A stretch of DNA of 64,000 bases from Schizochytrium sp. TIO01 (GCA_004764695.1 SMSO01000035.1:1736001-1800000), one strand, 5' to 3'; shown: positions 9,996 to 21,086, numbered from the stretch's first letter. Notes: generated by a model not told the origin, from the sequence alone. Translations and numbers: made by a program.

Positions 9996-12485
9996 ATGGT
10001 TCGCAGGTCTTCTCGAGTTGCGTCAGCAACAGCAGTTGCAGGTGCTCCTGTGGCAACGAGGACCTCTGCACGTGTGAAGAAAATCAAAGAGGAGCAAACT
10101 TCGCCGGCGATCAAAGTGAAGCAAGAAGCCACTCCCTTGCCTTCTGCTGCGACCGTCACGAAGCGCAAGAGTACCCGAGCGAATGTGAACACTCCACAAA
10201 AGGGAGCGAAAAAAATCAAGGCTGAGACCTGCGGTCTCAAAGGTGTCGCTGGCCTCAATCTCAAGAACGGTGACGGGGTGAGTCCAGGTCTCGATGAAGG
10301 TTTTCTAGCCCAAGAACACGCTATGAACTTTGCTGAAGTTAAACGAGATGCTCGCCTTGTACGTATCGACCCAACGACGAACTCTGACAGTTACTACCTC
10401 ATTCAGGTGATTAAAAGCGGCCGCAAATTCATGTGCTGGCAACGTTGGGGCCGCACAGGAACCGCTGGGCAAGGTCGTCTTATGAGTGGTTCCCAGGCAA
10501 AGATGATCGCAGAGTTTGAGGACAAATTTGAGGAAAAAACAGGTGTAGCCTACCAGGATGCCCTGGATGGAGACACCAAGCCCATCCCTGGAAAGTACGA
10601 ATGGCTTTCATTGATGACTCGGGCACAAGCACTTGAGCAGCAAGGCGAATGGGAGTACTACGTTGATGATTTTGTTGATGGAAAGCCCACTGGCTGGTAT
10701 CCTTACGACGAGTGTGGAAGCAAATATGTCGAGGAGATTTACCGGGACCGCCACGTTGCACAAAATGTTAACATGTCTGTTCGCTTCGTCGAATCTGGCC
10801 ATTGGACATATCGAGTTGATCTTGGTGCCTCTGACGGCAACTTCACTCAAACCAATACATCCACAAACAAGACCCGTGTGATCCGTCGTATTGTCAATGG
10901 AACCCCGACAACCCAGCCTTCATCGCCAGCTACAGCGATTGCAAAACCTCAATCAGCAGCACTTAAGTCGATTGGACGAAACCTCTCTAATGCCTTGACA
11001 GGCGTTACAGTGGGAGCACAGCCTGTGCCCGCTGCCCTAAGTACAGAGATTCCTATTCAACCGAGCTGTGCTGGGTATGTAGGTTCTGGCACAAAGGTGC
11101 ACAAAGATTACGATGCAACTCTCAATCAAACCGATATCAAGAACAACAACAACAAGTTCTACTACATTCAACTTCTAGTAGATCTCACTGGGGACTACTT
11201 TGTATTCACAGCGTGGGGTCGTGTTGGTGAACCACCCAAGACTCAATTCCAAGGCCCTTTCGACGAGACCTCAGCAATTGCAGTCTTTGAAAAGAAGTTC
11301 AGCTCTAAGACGGGCAACCGCTGGGGTAATCGCAGCAACTTTGCAAAAATGTCTGGAAAGTATGATCTGATTCTGACAAAGGTTAGCACAAACACAAACA
11401 AGCCGGCGCCAAATGTAAAGGGGGAACCGGTCTGTTTCTCTCCCTCAAAGCTGGATGTAGACACACAAGAGTTTATTCGTTTCATCTTTGACAAGGATAT
11501 GTTCAAGGAGTCAATGGCAGAGCTGGATATCGATGTTGATAAAATGCCACTTGGAGCTTTGAGCGAAGCGCAAGTGCAACATGCTTACGATGTTCTTAAC
11601 CAACTTGAAGACGAAGTTAACGGACGTGCGCGTCAGAATGCTCTAACAGAGCTCTCCTCGCGGTACTACACTCTGATTCCTCATAACTTTGGCCGACGGC
11701 GCCCGCCTGTCATCAACTCTCAGGCTATGGTGCAAAAGGAGTATGATCTTGTCAACGTGATCGGCGACATCGAAAAAGCGCAGAGTATCATCAAGGAGTC
11801 TGATGAAAAACAAGCGATACAGACTGTGAACCCACTAGATGCAAAGTTCGACTCTCTCAAAATGGAGGATTGGGAAGTTGTAGCACCTAAGTCAGATCTC
11901 TTTCGTCGCTTGAACTCTTATGCTCTCGCAAGCAAGGGATATCGTAAGATGCGCTTGCAGAAGATCTTCAAAGTCGGGCGAGAAAATGAAGACAGCACTT
12001 TTAAACAATACGATGGGCTTGATCGCATGCTCCTGTGGCATGGTACAAATGTTGCTGTAGTAGCTGCAATTCTCAAGTCAGGTCTGCGCATTATGCCACA
12101 CTCAGGTGGAAGAGTAGGCGCAGGCATTTACCTCGCCACTGAGCACAGCAAATCCAGTGGTTACACCTCTGGGGCACGTTGGAAGGGTCACAACCTCGGA
12201 GTCATGTTCCTGGTGGAAGCGGCTGTGGGGAAATCAAAAATTATTCACCAGGACGACCCTCGTCTTAAAGCAGCGCCAAAAGGCTTTGATTCTGTACTGG
12301 CAAAGGGCTGTCAAAGTCCAATGGGAACAGGTGATGAGTTCATTGAAATTGACGGTCGAAAGGTCACCATTCCTGCTGGAGCAATTAATCCTACTGGTGT
12401 ACAGAGCAGCTTTACACAGGATGAGATGCTTATCTACAACGAGAAGCAGCATCGTTTGCGTTTTGTTCTTGTTTTTGAAATGTAA
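9996..12485 (+). CDS. PARP3-like ADP-ribosyltransferase (WGR-WWE-WGR-regulatory-catalytic)
   Basis: Two WGR motifs (WQRWGRTG, FTAWGRVG), helical regulatory domain (DKMPLGALS, LSSRYYTLIPH), catalytic triad motifs LWHGTN, GGRVGAGIYLA and QDEMLIY. GGRVGxGIY is the PARP3-type signature. ATG at 9996. Confidence 0.95.
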   Translation: MVRRSSRVASATAVAGAPVATRTSARVKKIKEEQTSPAIKVKQEATPLPSAATVTKRKSTRANVNTPQKGAKKIKAETCGLKGVAGLNLKNGDGVSPGLDEGFLAQEHAMNFAEVKRDARLVRIDPTTNSDSYYLIQVIKSGRKFMCWQRWGRTGTAGQGRLMSGSQAKMIAEFEDKFEEKTGVAYQDALDGDTKPIPGKYEWLSLMTRAQALEQQGEWEYYVDDFVDGKPTGWYPYDECGSKYVEEIYRDRHVAQNVNMSVRFVESGHWTYRVDLGASDGNFTQTNTSTNKTRVIRRIVNGTPTTQPSSPATAIAKPQSAALKSIGRNLSNALTGVTVGAQPVPAALSTEIPIQPSCAGYVGSGTKVHKDYDATLNQTDIKNNNNKFYYIQLLVDLTGDYFVFTAWGRVGEPPKTQFQGPFDETSAIAVFEKKFSSKTGNRWGNRSNFAKMSGKYDLILTKVSTNTNKPAPNVKGEPVCFSPSKLDVDTQEFIRFIFDKDMFKESMAELDIDVDKMPLGALSEAQVQHAYDVLNQLEDEVNGRARQNALTELSSRYYTLIPHNFGRRRPPVINSQAMVQKEYDLVNVIGDIEKAQSIIKESDEKQAIQTVNPLDAKFDSLKMEDWEVVAPKSDLFRRLNSYALASKGYRKMRLQKIFKVGRENEDSTFKQYDGLDRMLLWHGTNVAVVAAILKSGLRIMPHSGGRVGAGIYLATEHSKSSGYTSGARWKGHNLGVMFLVEAAVGKSKIIHQDDPRLKAAPKGFDSVLAKGCQSPMGTGDEFIEIDGRKVTIPAGAINPTGVQSSFTQDEMLIYNEKQHRLRFVLVFEM

Positions 12486-12974
12486 AATTTGCACTCGCCA
12501 TTAATCTGCTCTCGCTGTACTTTCCATCTCTGCATCTGCTTCGTTAATTCATTTACATTTTTAGTACAAAACTAAAACTTCTATTATCGACCCCTTAAAT
12601 CGTTTCTCACTTTCTCTTATCACGGCTCATCTTGACTATTAAATTCATTATCGACAGAAAATCCATGTTTTAGCTGATCGAATGAATTCAATCTTTTTTA
12701 ATATTACACAGCACAAGAATTAAACTTTAGTAAAGCACTCAGAACATCCGAAGTACAAATAATAGTGGATACTTGGAAGGCAGGTCTGGAGGGATACTTT
12801 TAAGAAATTATCAAACAGGTCTATCGGTTAGGAGATGATATAAAGGTCGAGAGGACACATAAAGACGTTCCACGACGATTTCTAGATTCGTCGATCTTCT
12901 TGAGGCAGCTTGTAGAATGTGGGGAGCATCCCTTTTTAGTTTGTATTTAACTTTTTGTGGACTAAAAGGAAGAA

Positions 12975-15467
12975 TCAGTTCTTCTTGTCAAAATCGAAAG
13001 TCTCTTCAAAGCCAGCATCAGTGAAGGCCGTGTTCATATCCTTGGACGGAGCACTTGCAGTTGCTGTCGTTGACATAGTAGGCGCGTCGCCAGCTGTCGC
13101 GACATCTGAGGCAGGCTGGGTTGTTGATGCCTCCTCGAAGGGATCGGCATCGCCATCAAATGCTTCGTCAAATGCCGAAGAGTCTACATGCTCATCTTCC
13201 GTAGGCTTGGTAACCTCAATGCTGTTCCAATCAGACGCGTTAGAGTCCACCGTGGCAGGAGGTTGTTCGAGGCTGGAATTGGCAGATGGTGGTGCAGGCG
13301 GAGACGATAGCGAAGGTGCTTCGCGCGTCGGGGCACGGCGTTTGGGAGGTTCTCCATGTGGAGGAGGGGTCCGGCTACCATCAGAAGGCATAGGGCTAGC
13401 GCTACGAGGCTCAGGAGTCTCCACTCGGTTTGGCACAGGTGCATCGACCGGAGATCCTGCCTGCACGGCATCTCCAACCGACTCAGGAACTGGAGGTTCG
13501 TTCTCTTCGGCCTCGTGCGGGACAGGGCTTACAGTGAGATCAGGTGTTGCAATCTCATTTTGCTTCTCCACAGGAGTAGCAACTTCTACAGAATTAGTTT
13601 CGATTGTAGGAGCAGAACGAGTCGGCGCTTCGCGCGTAGGGGGAGAAACCGGCGTGTTTGCTGCTGCTACTGCTGCTGCTGCAGCAGCAGCTGATTCTGC
13701 AGCAGCAGACTTTGCAGCCTCGGCCTCAGCTTCGGCAGTCGCCACCCTTGCATTGGCTTCTGCCTCCGACTTAGCAGCTGCAGACTTAGCATCTTCAGCT
13801 TCCCGCTCTGCTTCTGCAGCTTTCGCTTTTGCCTCCTCTTCGGCCTTTGCAGCTTTTGCAGCAATTTCTTTGGCCTCCTTTTCAGCAGCACGTGCAGCCT
13901 TGGCTTCTGCTTCTGCTTCCGCTGCTTTGACCTCTGCGTTCGCAATCAAAGTCTTGATAGATTCTGATTCGTTCTGCAATTCCTCAAGTTGCTCCTTGAG
14001 AGAGTTCTTCTCATGTTCTACACACATCTTCTCTGCCAGGCGTTCAACGGTCTCCACAGAAATTTTGTGGATCTCCTCCTTCTGCTGTGCCACCTCCAAT
14101 CTCAGCTGCGCCACAGTTTCCCGAAGGAGGTCCATATCTGTGCTAGCCGCCTTCAGCTCTTCCTGGCGTCTGCCTGCGTCTTCGGTGGCGGTCTTGAGAT
14201 CTTCTACGAGACGGTCTCTTTCGGCACTGAGACGGGCTACCTCCTCTTCAATTCGCTGCTTTTCGAGCTCCTGCTGCCTCGCAGTTTCGCTCATAGCCAT
14301 AACTGCGGAGCCGAGAGCTTCGTTCGTTGCCGCAGCATTCGCCACATCCTCTTCGCTAGGACCGGCCGGCGAGGCAACGATAGGCTGTTCTGGAGTCATT
14401 TGGGGTTGGTGTTGCTGCTGGTTTTGTTGAACCCCGGAGTAAGATCCTGAAGGGTTTACATCTGCAGAAGAGTACGCTGATGAAAAGGAAGCATGAGGAT
14501 CCACAGGGGCTGCACGGGTCGGGAATCCTGAAGGGTGAGCAGCGTCAGAATTGCTTCCAGCATCCGACATGTGGGATTGCGATCCTTGGCGAGAAAGAGG
14601 GTCTTGTTGTTGTTGTTGCATGTGAAAGTTGTGGTTTGCATCAGGCTGAGATGCTGCTGTAGCAGCCGCAACAGCGTCCGCTGAGGTGAGAGGAGCGGAG
14701 CGAGGCTGGTTAGGCAAGAGTTCCTGAGGTACCTCAGAAGGCATGGCGAAATTCTTGCGTGTGATACAGAGCACCATGTGCATGGCAATGCAGAACTCGT
14801 CGAGTGAAAGCTTCAGATCCTTATCAAGGTCAGCCAGACGGAGAACCTCACGAAGCTGGTCCCATGGCATCTTTGACTTAAGAAAGAATTCCATAGCCTC
14901 CTTACCCTCAAGCTTGCCATCAACGAGCTTCTGCTTGTGAAAGAGGTCCTCGTATTGAGAGCGTTTTCCAGACGACATGGCCCAAGAATATCCTGTAACC
15001 GAGCCGCTGACGCTAGCAGTCTCAAAGGCGCTAGCTCCACTGACACTAGCAGGAGTTGAGGGCCGAGAAGCTCCGCTGTGAGATGGAGAACCTACGCCTC
15101 CGAAGGCGCCACTCGTAGGGCGGATGGTGAGGCTCGGAGGGCTTGGTGCCCCAGGAATCTCAAATTTAGGCAATGGCAAAGGACCTGATCGGTTGCGAGC
15201 AATGTTGTCAGCAGAGAGCTGAATGCCTGCCTGAATGAGACCGATGCAACGAAGCATTGTGTCGACCTGAACACGTTTGATTTCGCTGGCACCATCAGCA
15301 CCGAAATTCCAGATGGCACGGAGATCGGCGACACCAAGCTTGGAAGACTGCAGAAATGCCACGAGCTCCTTCGTTGCGAAGGTCTCAGATCCTGATGGGT
15401 TGGCAAGCTTCTCTAGCTCATCGTAGTACTGACGTTCCTCAGAAAGTACAGGTTCGTAGTGCACCAT
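12975..15467 (-). CDS. Eps15/Ede1-like EH-domain endocytic scaffold
   Basis: Two EH domains (LQSSKLGVADLRAIWNF; LADLDKDLKLSLDEFCIAMHMV), central coiled coil, Pro-rich and acidic tail with a DPF motif and FxDxF-like motifs. Confidence 0.9.
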   Translation of the reverse strand: MVHYEPVLSEERQYYDELEKLANPSGSETFATKELVAFLQSSKLGVADLRAIWNFGADGASEIKRVQVDTMLRCIGLIQAGIQLSADNIARNRSGPLPLPKFEIPGAPSPPSLTIRPTSGAFGGVGSPSHSGASRPSTPASVSGASAFETASVSGSVTGYSWAMSSGKRSQYEDLFHKQKLVDGKLEGKEAMEFFLKSKMPWDQLREVLRLADLDKDLKLSLDEFCIAMHMVLCITRKNFAMPSEVPQELLPNQPRSAPLTSADAVAAATAASQPDANHNFHMQQQQQDPLSRQGSQSHMSDAGSNSDAAHPSGFPTRAAPVDPHASFSSAYSSADVNPSGSYSGVQQNQQQHQPQMTPEQPIVASPAGPSEEDVANAAATNEALGSAVMAMSETARQQELEKQRIEEEVARLSAERDRLVEDLKTATEDAGRRQEELKAASTDMDLLRETVAQLRLEVAQQKEEIHKISVETVERLAEKMCVEHEKNSLKEQLEELQNESESIKTLIANAEVKAAEAEAEAKAARAAEKEAKEIAAKAAKAEEEAKAKAAEAEREAEDAKSAAAKSEAEANARVATAEAEAEAAKSAAAESAAAAAAAVAAANTPVSPPTREAPTRSAPTIETNSVEVATPVEKQNEIATPDLTVSPVPHEAEENEPPVPESVGDAVQAGSPVDAPVPNRVETPEPRSASPMPSDGSRTPPPHGEPPKRRAPTREAPSLSSPPAPPSANSSLEQPPATVDSNASDWNSIEVTKPTEDEHVDSSAFDEAFDGDADPFEEASTTQPASDVATAGDAPTMSTTATASAPSKDMNTAFTDAGFEETFDFDKKN

Positions 15468-16199
15468 GATTTTGATAGTGATGGTCTACTCTTGACTTTT
15501 GCTCGCACAGGCCAAAATTTACTCGTTACTTGTGCAGAATTGCAATAAATTGCTACAGGCAATTTCTACTAATGTCTTTGCTGCAATTGTAATCCGTGGC
15601 AGCACACAAGTCTTTAGACTTGGGTCTAGAGTCTTGGTGTCGTCAATGGGTGCTTAGATTGCGAGTCTCGAGGACAGCTTGGCCAGCAGCACCTCAAAAA
15701 AGACAGCGGCGGAGCAGAGCTCTGTAAAACGTAGTCGCAGCAAGAAAGCGTACTTGTTTCTGCTCTGAGAGTTACTGCAGCACCCCGCACAACAGCCTAG
15801 GTTGGTGATCAAGGTTTGCTTTGAGCATTGCTCGTTCAGAAACAAGTGCTGAAGATTGCTGACACTGATGATGATATTATTACCTTACTACCCCTAGGTA
15901 CCTACCTACCTACCTGCTATACCCTTAATTTAAGAAAGTAAATGAATAGAAATTCTTCTCTATAAAAATTTAGTCAGCGTGTTTACTCCATAATAAAATC
16001 CTAATACTGCCATGATTTTACGCACTGAAGATACATACGCGGGAGCTACTGTTATTGCTAGCAGTCGAAGCGATGCCTGTCATAGTAGTAGCTACCTAAC
16101 GCCTACACAGATCATCCACTTTTTGTTTTCGATGTGTTTATTTATTGTTGTGTAGTAAGTAAGGTACGTCAACGAAAGCAAACTCGAAGAGAGTCTGAG

Positions 16200-16830
16200 A
16201 AGACATGGATGAGATGTAGTTTCATGGATGCATCTCTGGTTGACATGCAATTGCAGCTGGTGAACAGAGGTAGTGCTGCATCGTAAATTAGGACGTCGAT
16301 TGACCTGTGCATTCAAGGCATTGTGAAAGAAGTAGATTATACGTGCAAATTGTAGAGGCTCACACCCCAAAAGCTTAGGCATCTTGATTTTGATTCTGAT
16401 GACTCTGCCTTCAGATGGTTGAGTAATGGATGCTTCGCAGCAACTGCGAACATTTGAGCGAGCTAGCAGTGAAATCAGCTGCTGTTGATGAGGACTTCAA
16501 CGTCGATGAGGAATATCTTCAACATGCAATGTTCGGGGTTATCGAAGTACCTTTGGAGGAAGCCTGCTCCAAATTTATTGAAAAGGAGCACCCTCAACGG
16601 CCATCGCAAAGGAGCTTCCTGGGGTTTATCAGGCGACAATAATGTACACGAGCTGTCCTTTTTGCCATACGCTCGAAGAATCGTCGCTGTTCTTGCTGTT
16701 TCGGCACAGCTTTTAATTCTGATGTTCGGTGTACAAGCGAGAAGCTTAGAAAGTTGAAGAAGTCAGCTTTGATGGTCTCCACAGAACCTGATCACAACAA
16801 ATACTTACAACGAATCTGAGATTATTGATC
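16200..16830 (+). pseudogene. Decayed coding relic of unknown family
   Basis: Protein-like frames interrupted by TAA/TAG/TGA: FMDASLVDMQLQLVNRGSAAS*IRTSIDLCIQGIVKEVDYTCKL*RLTPQKLRHLDFDSDD / LSELAVKSAAVDEDFNVDEEYLQHAMFGVIEVPLEEACSKFIEKE. Confidence 0.35.
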
Positions 16831-17643
16831 TACCGTCACCAGCAGCATCTGCAGCTTTGCAAACCTATGCCACACTCTTTCGATTCTCGCCGTGATTCCC
16901 GACATAGTTCTTTCTCCCTGGACCAGCCTAAACTCGACTCGCGTTTAACTAGTTTGATCCCTTTTCTTTGATGGCGGTAGAACGAAATAAATCAATCTCA
17001 GTGATGAATGTAAATCTATCCATTTTCGCATGGATAAAGGGTAATATATAAATTACAGGATAACCCCCGCGGTTGGCAGCTCTTGTAGAAGAAGCAAGTT
17101 ATATTTTAAACTTTCTACATAATTCAAGATTTTATTCACTTGCATGGTGACAGTACAAGTAGATTATAGGGGGGGTATAAAATAGAGTATATTGAGGCAA
17201 GGGAGCGGCGGAGGAGGCGCTTGGGCCCAGCAGACGGCGATCCTCGAGGGCGCCACGCCCGCCAGGTGACGCGAAGCAGTTCTTCGCTGGATCGAGATAG
17301 CGACTTCGGAGGAAGCTCGCGGTCTCTGGGGTGTCTAGAATCGGATTTTCGGCCTTGCCTGCGTTGAAGGGGCTTAAACTTCCTCACTCGCTGTGTTTCA
17401 TCGATTTGTTCGATCATTCCTTCGTCGTTAGCGCTTTTTAATTTTTTTCCGGAGCCAACTTTGAGGTTGGTACCTTGGGTTTCTGTTTTCTCCTACTAGT
17501 ACCGCTTTGTTGACTGTGTGTGTGCGGGCTTGCGCTTGCTTGCTAGTGTTCTTGCTTGCTGCTTTGCTGGTCTTTGCTTGACCAGCCTGTACCTCTATCT
17601 ATCGGTCTTCAGCACTTCAAGTATCGAGATCAACTGATCTTTG

Positions 17644-17881
17644 GTACGTTTAAATATAGACAAGAATAGGAAATAGAGATATTTTTCAATAAGATCCACT
17701 CCGGGGTTGAAAGGCGCTATCATTGGGATCAGAATCTTTAAACTCAAACTTTAGGTGAATATCAAGTAAATAGTCATCACAGAAAGTTGGGGTCATTTTC
17801 TGCAAAGTAGAGCAGGAAGCAACTAAGTGGCTTTTTGCTCAGATCGCATCCTTAACTAAATACTTCGTGCAAGGTTTGCAG
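17644..17881 (+). other. Candidate 5'-UTR intron of the WHIM gene
   Basis: Donor GTACGT at 17644, AT-rich body, TTAAC/CTAAA branch-like sequence near 17852, acceptor AAG at 17873 or CAG at 17881. Confidence 0.45.
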
Positions 17882-17933
17882 CTTCAATCTTTGCGATCGT
17901 AGATCCATAACTAGTTACTAGCCGCGTGTGAAA

Positions 17934-20900
17934 ATGTCGACTGAAGCTGAGACCACTGCGAATGCAGTGAAGGACGAGGATGTCAAGATGGAAAATGGCG
18001 TTGGAGAGCTCAAGAACCTTGAGGAGGTTGTGGAGGTCTCATTCTTGCTGTGGCTTGTACTTTCAAGCACAACCTTCAAAATGAAGCAACTCTCGCCCAA
18101 GATGCTTGAAATGGGCTTGAACGCGCCCCATACGAGTGTGCTCATGTCCAGCACGCACACGATGCTGTTGCTTCCCTTAAAAGAGATTACACGGCTCGAG
18201 AAGGAAAGTCGAGGCAAGCACACCCGAATTATGGAGAAGCCCTACGAGTGGTGGACTCATGAGCTGCAACAAGTCGTGCGGCAATGGATCGTGGAGCGTC
18301 GTGACTTAGCTTACGACCTCGCTCGTATGGAGGATAGCGACGAGGACAGCGAGTACAACGAGGAGACTGTGCAGGCCCTCAAGGACTCTATTCGAGATCT
18401 CGATGAGCTTCTTACCCCTATCCTGGACCACCCTGTTCCAGTTCTTAAGGATCTTGAAGAAGACCTTAAAGAGCGCGGCGAATACCAGGACGATGATGAA
18501 GATGACGAAGACGAAAACGATAGCACAGGTACTTCAGGAGACCAACCCAAGACCGAAGCTGACGGCGATGGTGATGCCAACATGCAAGACAGCATTCAGA
18601 AGCAGGATGGAGACTCTTTTAGCAAGTCTAAACCTAGCAAGCCTTCCCGTGAGGAGCTTGAGGCTGACAAGGAGGACCGCGACAATATGAAAATCGACTC
18701 CATTATGCCTTTTAGCGGGCCCGACGGGTACCTATGTTTGGATCCTGTGAAGCGACTCTTTCTGTTGCGGTCTCTCTGTGTTTGGCGTGCCAACGGAAAC
18801 CCCGAACCCTCGGTACAGAATCGTCTTCGCGAGCACAAAAACGCAGACATGCGCATGAAGCCCATTGGAGAGGACAAGCATGCCCGCAGGTACTACTACT
18901 TCCCTCAGTTCTATCGCGATTGCCGCATTTACCGTGAAACACCGGGAGACGGTGGTAAGGAGAAAGAAGAGGCAGCGAGACTGCTTCGTGAGGAAAAGGA
19001 GCGCAAGAAGAAGGAGAAGGAAGAAGAGGCCAAAAGAAAAGCTGAGGCCAAGGCAGAAGCCAAAAGGGCCAAAGAGGAAGCAGAAAAGGCAGCTAAGGCT
19101 GAGAAAGAAGCCAAAGCAAAGGAAGCTAAAGCCAAAGCCGAGAAGAAGCAGAAGGAGTCAAGGAAATCCATTGCCACCCCGAGAAGATCAAGCTCGAGGC
19201 GTAGGTCGCAACCGGAGAGATTTGAAGATGAACTCGCACAAGAGCACCAGAAAAAACAGGAAAAGCAAGCCAGAAGACAGTCGCTGAGATCGAGAGGAGG
19301 TCGTAAATCTCTCGCAGACAGTGACGAAGAAGATGAAGATGAGAACGAAGAGGACAGCGAGGATGAGAATGGGGAAGATCAAAGTGAAAAGGATAGCGAC
19401 GCAGAAGATAGCGACGCAAGCCCGCCCGCAAAGAGAGGTCGAGGACGCCCGAAGAAACGCGCGGCGTCAAGATCTGCGAAAAAGCGTGGAAGACCTGCTA
19501 AGAGAGGAAGACCTGCCAAGAGGGGTCGTAAGGCCAATAAGGATAGTGAAGACGACACTGACGAAGAGAACGTCGAGAAGGACAGCTCTGATGAAGAGAT
19601 TGAAGAAGAGGACGAGGAGGAAGAAGAAGTTAGGGGCAGAGGAAGAGGCCGTGGCAGGGGCAGGGCGAAGAGTAAGAGCCAGACGAGAACCAAAAGCAAA
19701 AGCCAAAAGAACGCCAAGCGAGCAGTGAAACGTGACGAGAAACGGCGACTCGTGTACATAGGCCCCGAGCCAAAGGCCGAGAAGTGGGAGCTGGTCGCAG
19801 AGGGCGCAGAAGAGCTTAGGGCGCTGATGGAGGAGCTCGAGAGTGAAAAATCAAAGCATAACAAGGAGCTCTTGGAGGAACTCGAAAAGGCGCTCACGGT
19901 CATGGAGGAAGAGGCGGAAAACATCCGCAAAGAACAAGCCAAAATCGAGAGAGAACAAGTTCTACAAGCAATGCCACGCAAACGGTCCTCGCGAATCCAA
20001 ATGGCAGAAGAACGACGCAAAGAAGAAGAGGCCAAACGTCTTGAAGAAGAGGAGCTTCGACGCCAAGAAGAGGAGATCCAGGAGGCCCGTCGACGAAGGC
20101 AAGAAGAGATTCGGAAACAAGAAGAACGCCAGCAACGCATGCGTGAACGGGAACTGGCCAAAGCTGAAGAGCAGCGTCGTAGGATTGAGGAGCGAGAGCG
20201 CCGCGCCGAAGAACAGCGCAAGAGAGCAGAGCGCTTGTCTGCAGATAATCGCGGTGCCCCAGACAGTGAGGTGGAAGGCAACAACGCTGAGCAGGCAACA
20301 ACCCAGATGTCTACGCCGTCCAATGCGGCTGCATCGGCGCTCAATGGCGGTGGCTCACCTGCTGCTCCTACGATTGGACAGCAGCAGCAGCAGCCATCAT
20401 CATTTGCACAAAATGGCAAAATGCCAGTGTCTAGTTTTGCAAGCTTGCAGTCCCCAGTGATGAGGGCTACTCCGCAGATCAATGGCACACCTGCTCCTGC
20501 ACAACAGACTGTGACTCCTGCATCTGGAGTGCAACCTCCACAAAACCCCGCATTGGTTGTTGTTACTACAGGAACTACCCCCGCGGTTGCTGCTGCTCCT
20601 GCTGTTGCTCCTGCTTCTGCTCCTGCTGCTGCTCCTGCTGCTCCTGCTGCTACTGCTGTTCCTGTTGCTCCTGCTGCTCCTGCTGCTGCTGCTGCTGCTC
20701 CTGTTGCTCCTGCTGCTGCTGCTGCTGCTCCTCCTGCTGCTGCTGCTGCTGCTCCTCCTGCTGCTGCTGCTGCTGCTCCTCCTGCTGCTGCTGCTGCTGC
20801 TCCTCCTGCTGCTGCTGCTGCTGCTCCTCCTGCTGCTGCTGTCCCTGCTCCACAGGCTACGCCTGTGGCAGCTGCTCCAGTACCTACTCCAGTATCAGCT

Positions 20901-21086
20901 CCAACCCTTGTACCAGCTCCGACCCCTGTGCAAGTACCGGCTCCTATGCCAGCAAAAGTGCCAAGCTTGGTAAACGTTGGCAATGCATCAACTGAACAGG
21001 GAAAGCCTGCTGTCCAAGAAGTCATCCAACCTTCAACTATTGCAAATGGTGGAGATTCGACAAATGCAAACTCAGAAACAAATTAA
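17934..21086 (+). CDS. DDT/WHIM-motif chromatin protein (ISWI accessory subunit, RSF1/CECR2/DDR-like) with AT-hooks
   Basis: WHIM1-like LDPVKRLFLLRSLCVWR, WHIM2-like PIGEDKHARRYYYF...CRIYRE, WHIM3-like KWELVAEGAEELRALMEEL. AT-hook-like RGRP repeats, acidic and basic tracts, Ala/Pro-rich tail. Confidence 0.8.
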   Translation: MSTEAETTANAVKDEDVKMENGVGELKNLEEVVEVSFLLWLVLSSTTFKMKQLSPKMLEMGLNAPHTSVLMSSTHTMLLLPLKEITRLEKESRGKHTRIMEKPYEWWTHELQQVVRQWIVERRDLAYDLARMEDSDEDSEYNEETVQALKDSIRDLDELLTPILDHPVPVLKDLEEDLKERGEYQDDDEDDEDENDSTGTSGDQPKTEADGDGDANMQDSIQKQDGDSFSKSKPSKPSREELEADKEDRDNMKIDSIMPFSGPDGYLCLDPVKRLFLLRSLCVWRANGNPEPSVQNRLREHKNADMRMKPIGEDKHARRYYYFPQFYRDCRIYRETPGDGGKEKEEAARLLREEKERKKKEKEEEAKRKAEAKAEAKRAKEEAEKAAKAEKEAKAKEAKAKAEKKQKESRKSIATPRRSSSRRRSQPERFEDELAQEHQKKQEKQARRQSLRSRGGRKSLADSDEEDEDENEEDSEDENGEDQSEKDSDAEDSDASPPAKRGRGRPKKRAASRSAKKRGRPAKRGRPAKRGRKANKDSEDDTDEENVEKDSSDEEIEEEDEEEEEVRGRGRGRGRGRAKSKSQTRTKSKSQKNAKRAVKRDEKRRLVYIGPEPKAEKWELVAEGAEELRALMEELESEKSKHNKELLEELEKALTVMEEEAENIRKEQAKIEREQVLQAMPRKRSSRIQMAEERRKEEEAKRLEEEELRRQEEEIQEARRRRQEEIRKQEERQQRMRERELAKAEEQRRRIEERERRAEEQRKRAERLSADNRGAPDSEVEGNNAEQATTQMSTPSNAAASALNGGGSPAAPTIGQQQQQPSSFAQNGKMPVSSFASLQSPVMRATPQINGTPAPAQQTVTPASGVQPPQNPALVVVTTGTTPAVAAAPAVAPASAPAAAPAAPAATAVPVAPAAPAAAAAAPVAPAAAAAAPPAAAAAAPPAAAAAAPPAAAAAAPPAAAAAAPPAAAVPAPQATPVAAAPVPTPVSAPTLVPAPTPVQVPAPMPAKVPSLVNVGNASTEQGKPAVQEVIQPSTIANGGDSTNANSETN
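20712..20831 (+). repeat. Coding minisatellite, 5 perfect copies of 24 bp (GCT)6(CCT)2 encoding (A6P2)5, within a longer GCT/CCT-rich tract (~20586-20845)
   Basis: Read directly from the sequence. Confidence 0.9.

Noticed and set aside
12955-14430. 491-aa plus-strand ORF
   Set aside because: Antisense shadow of the EH protein's coiled-coil/Ala-rich region; Ser/Ala low complexity with no domain.
19379-21025. 548-aa minus-strand ORF, plus poly-Leu (20557-20973) and poly-Q/E (20650-20853) ORFs
   Set aside because: Alternative-frame and antisense readings of the GCT/CCT repeats and charged tracts of the WHIM gene.
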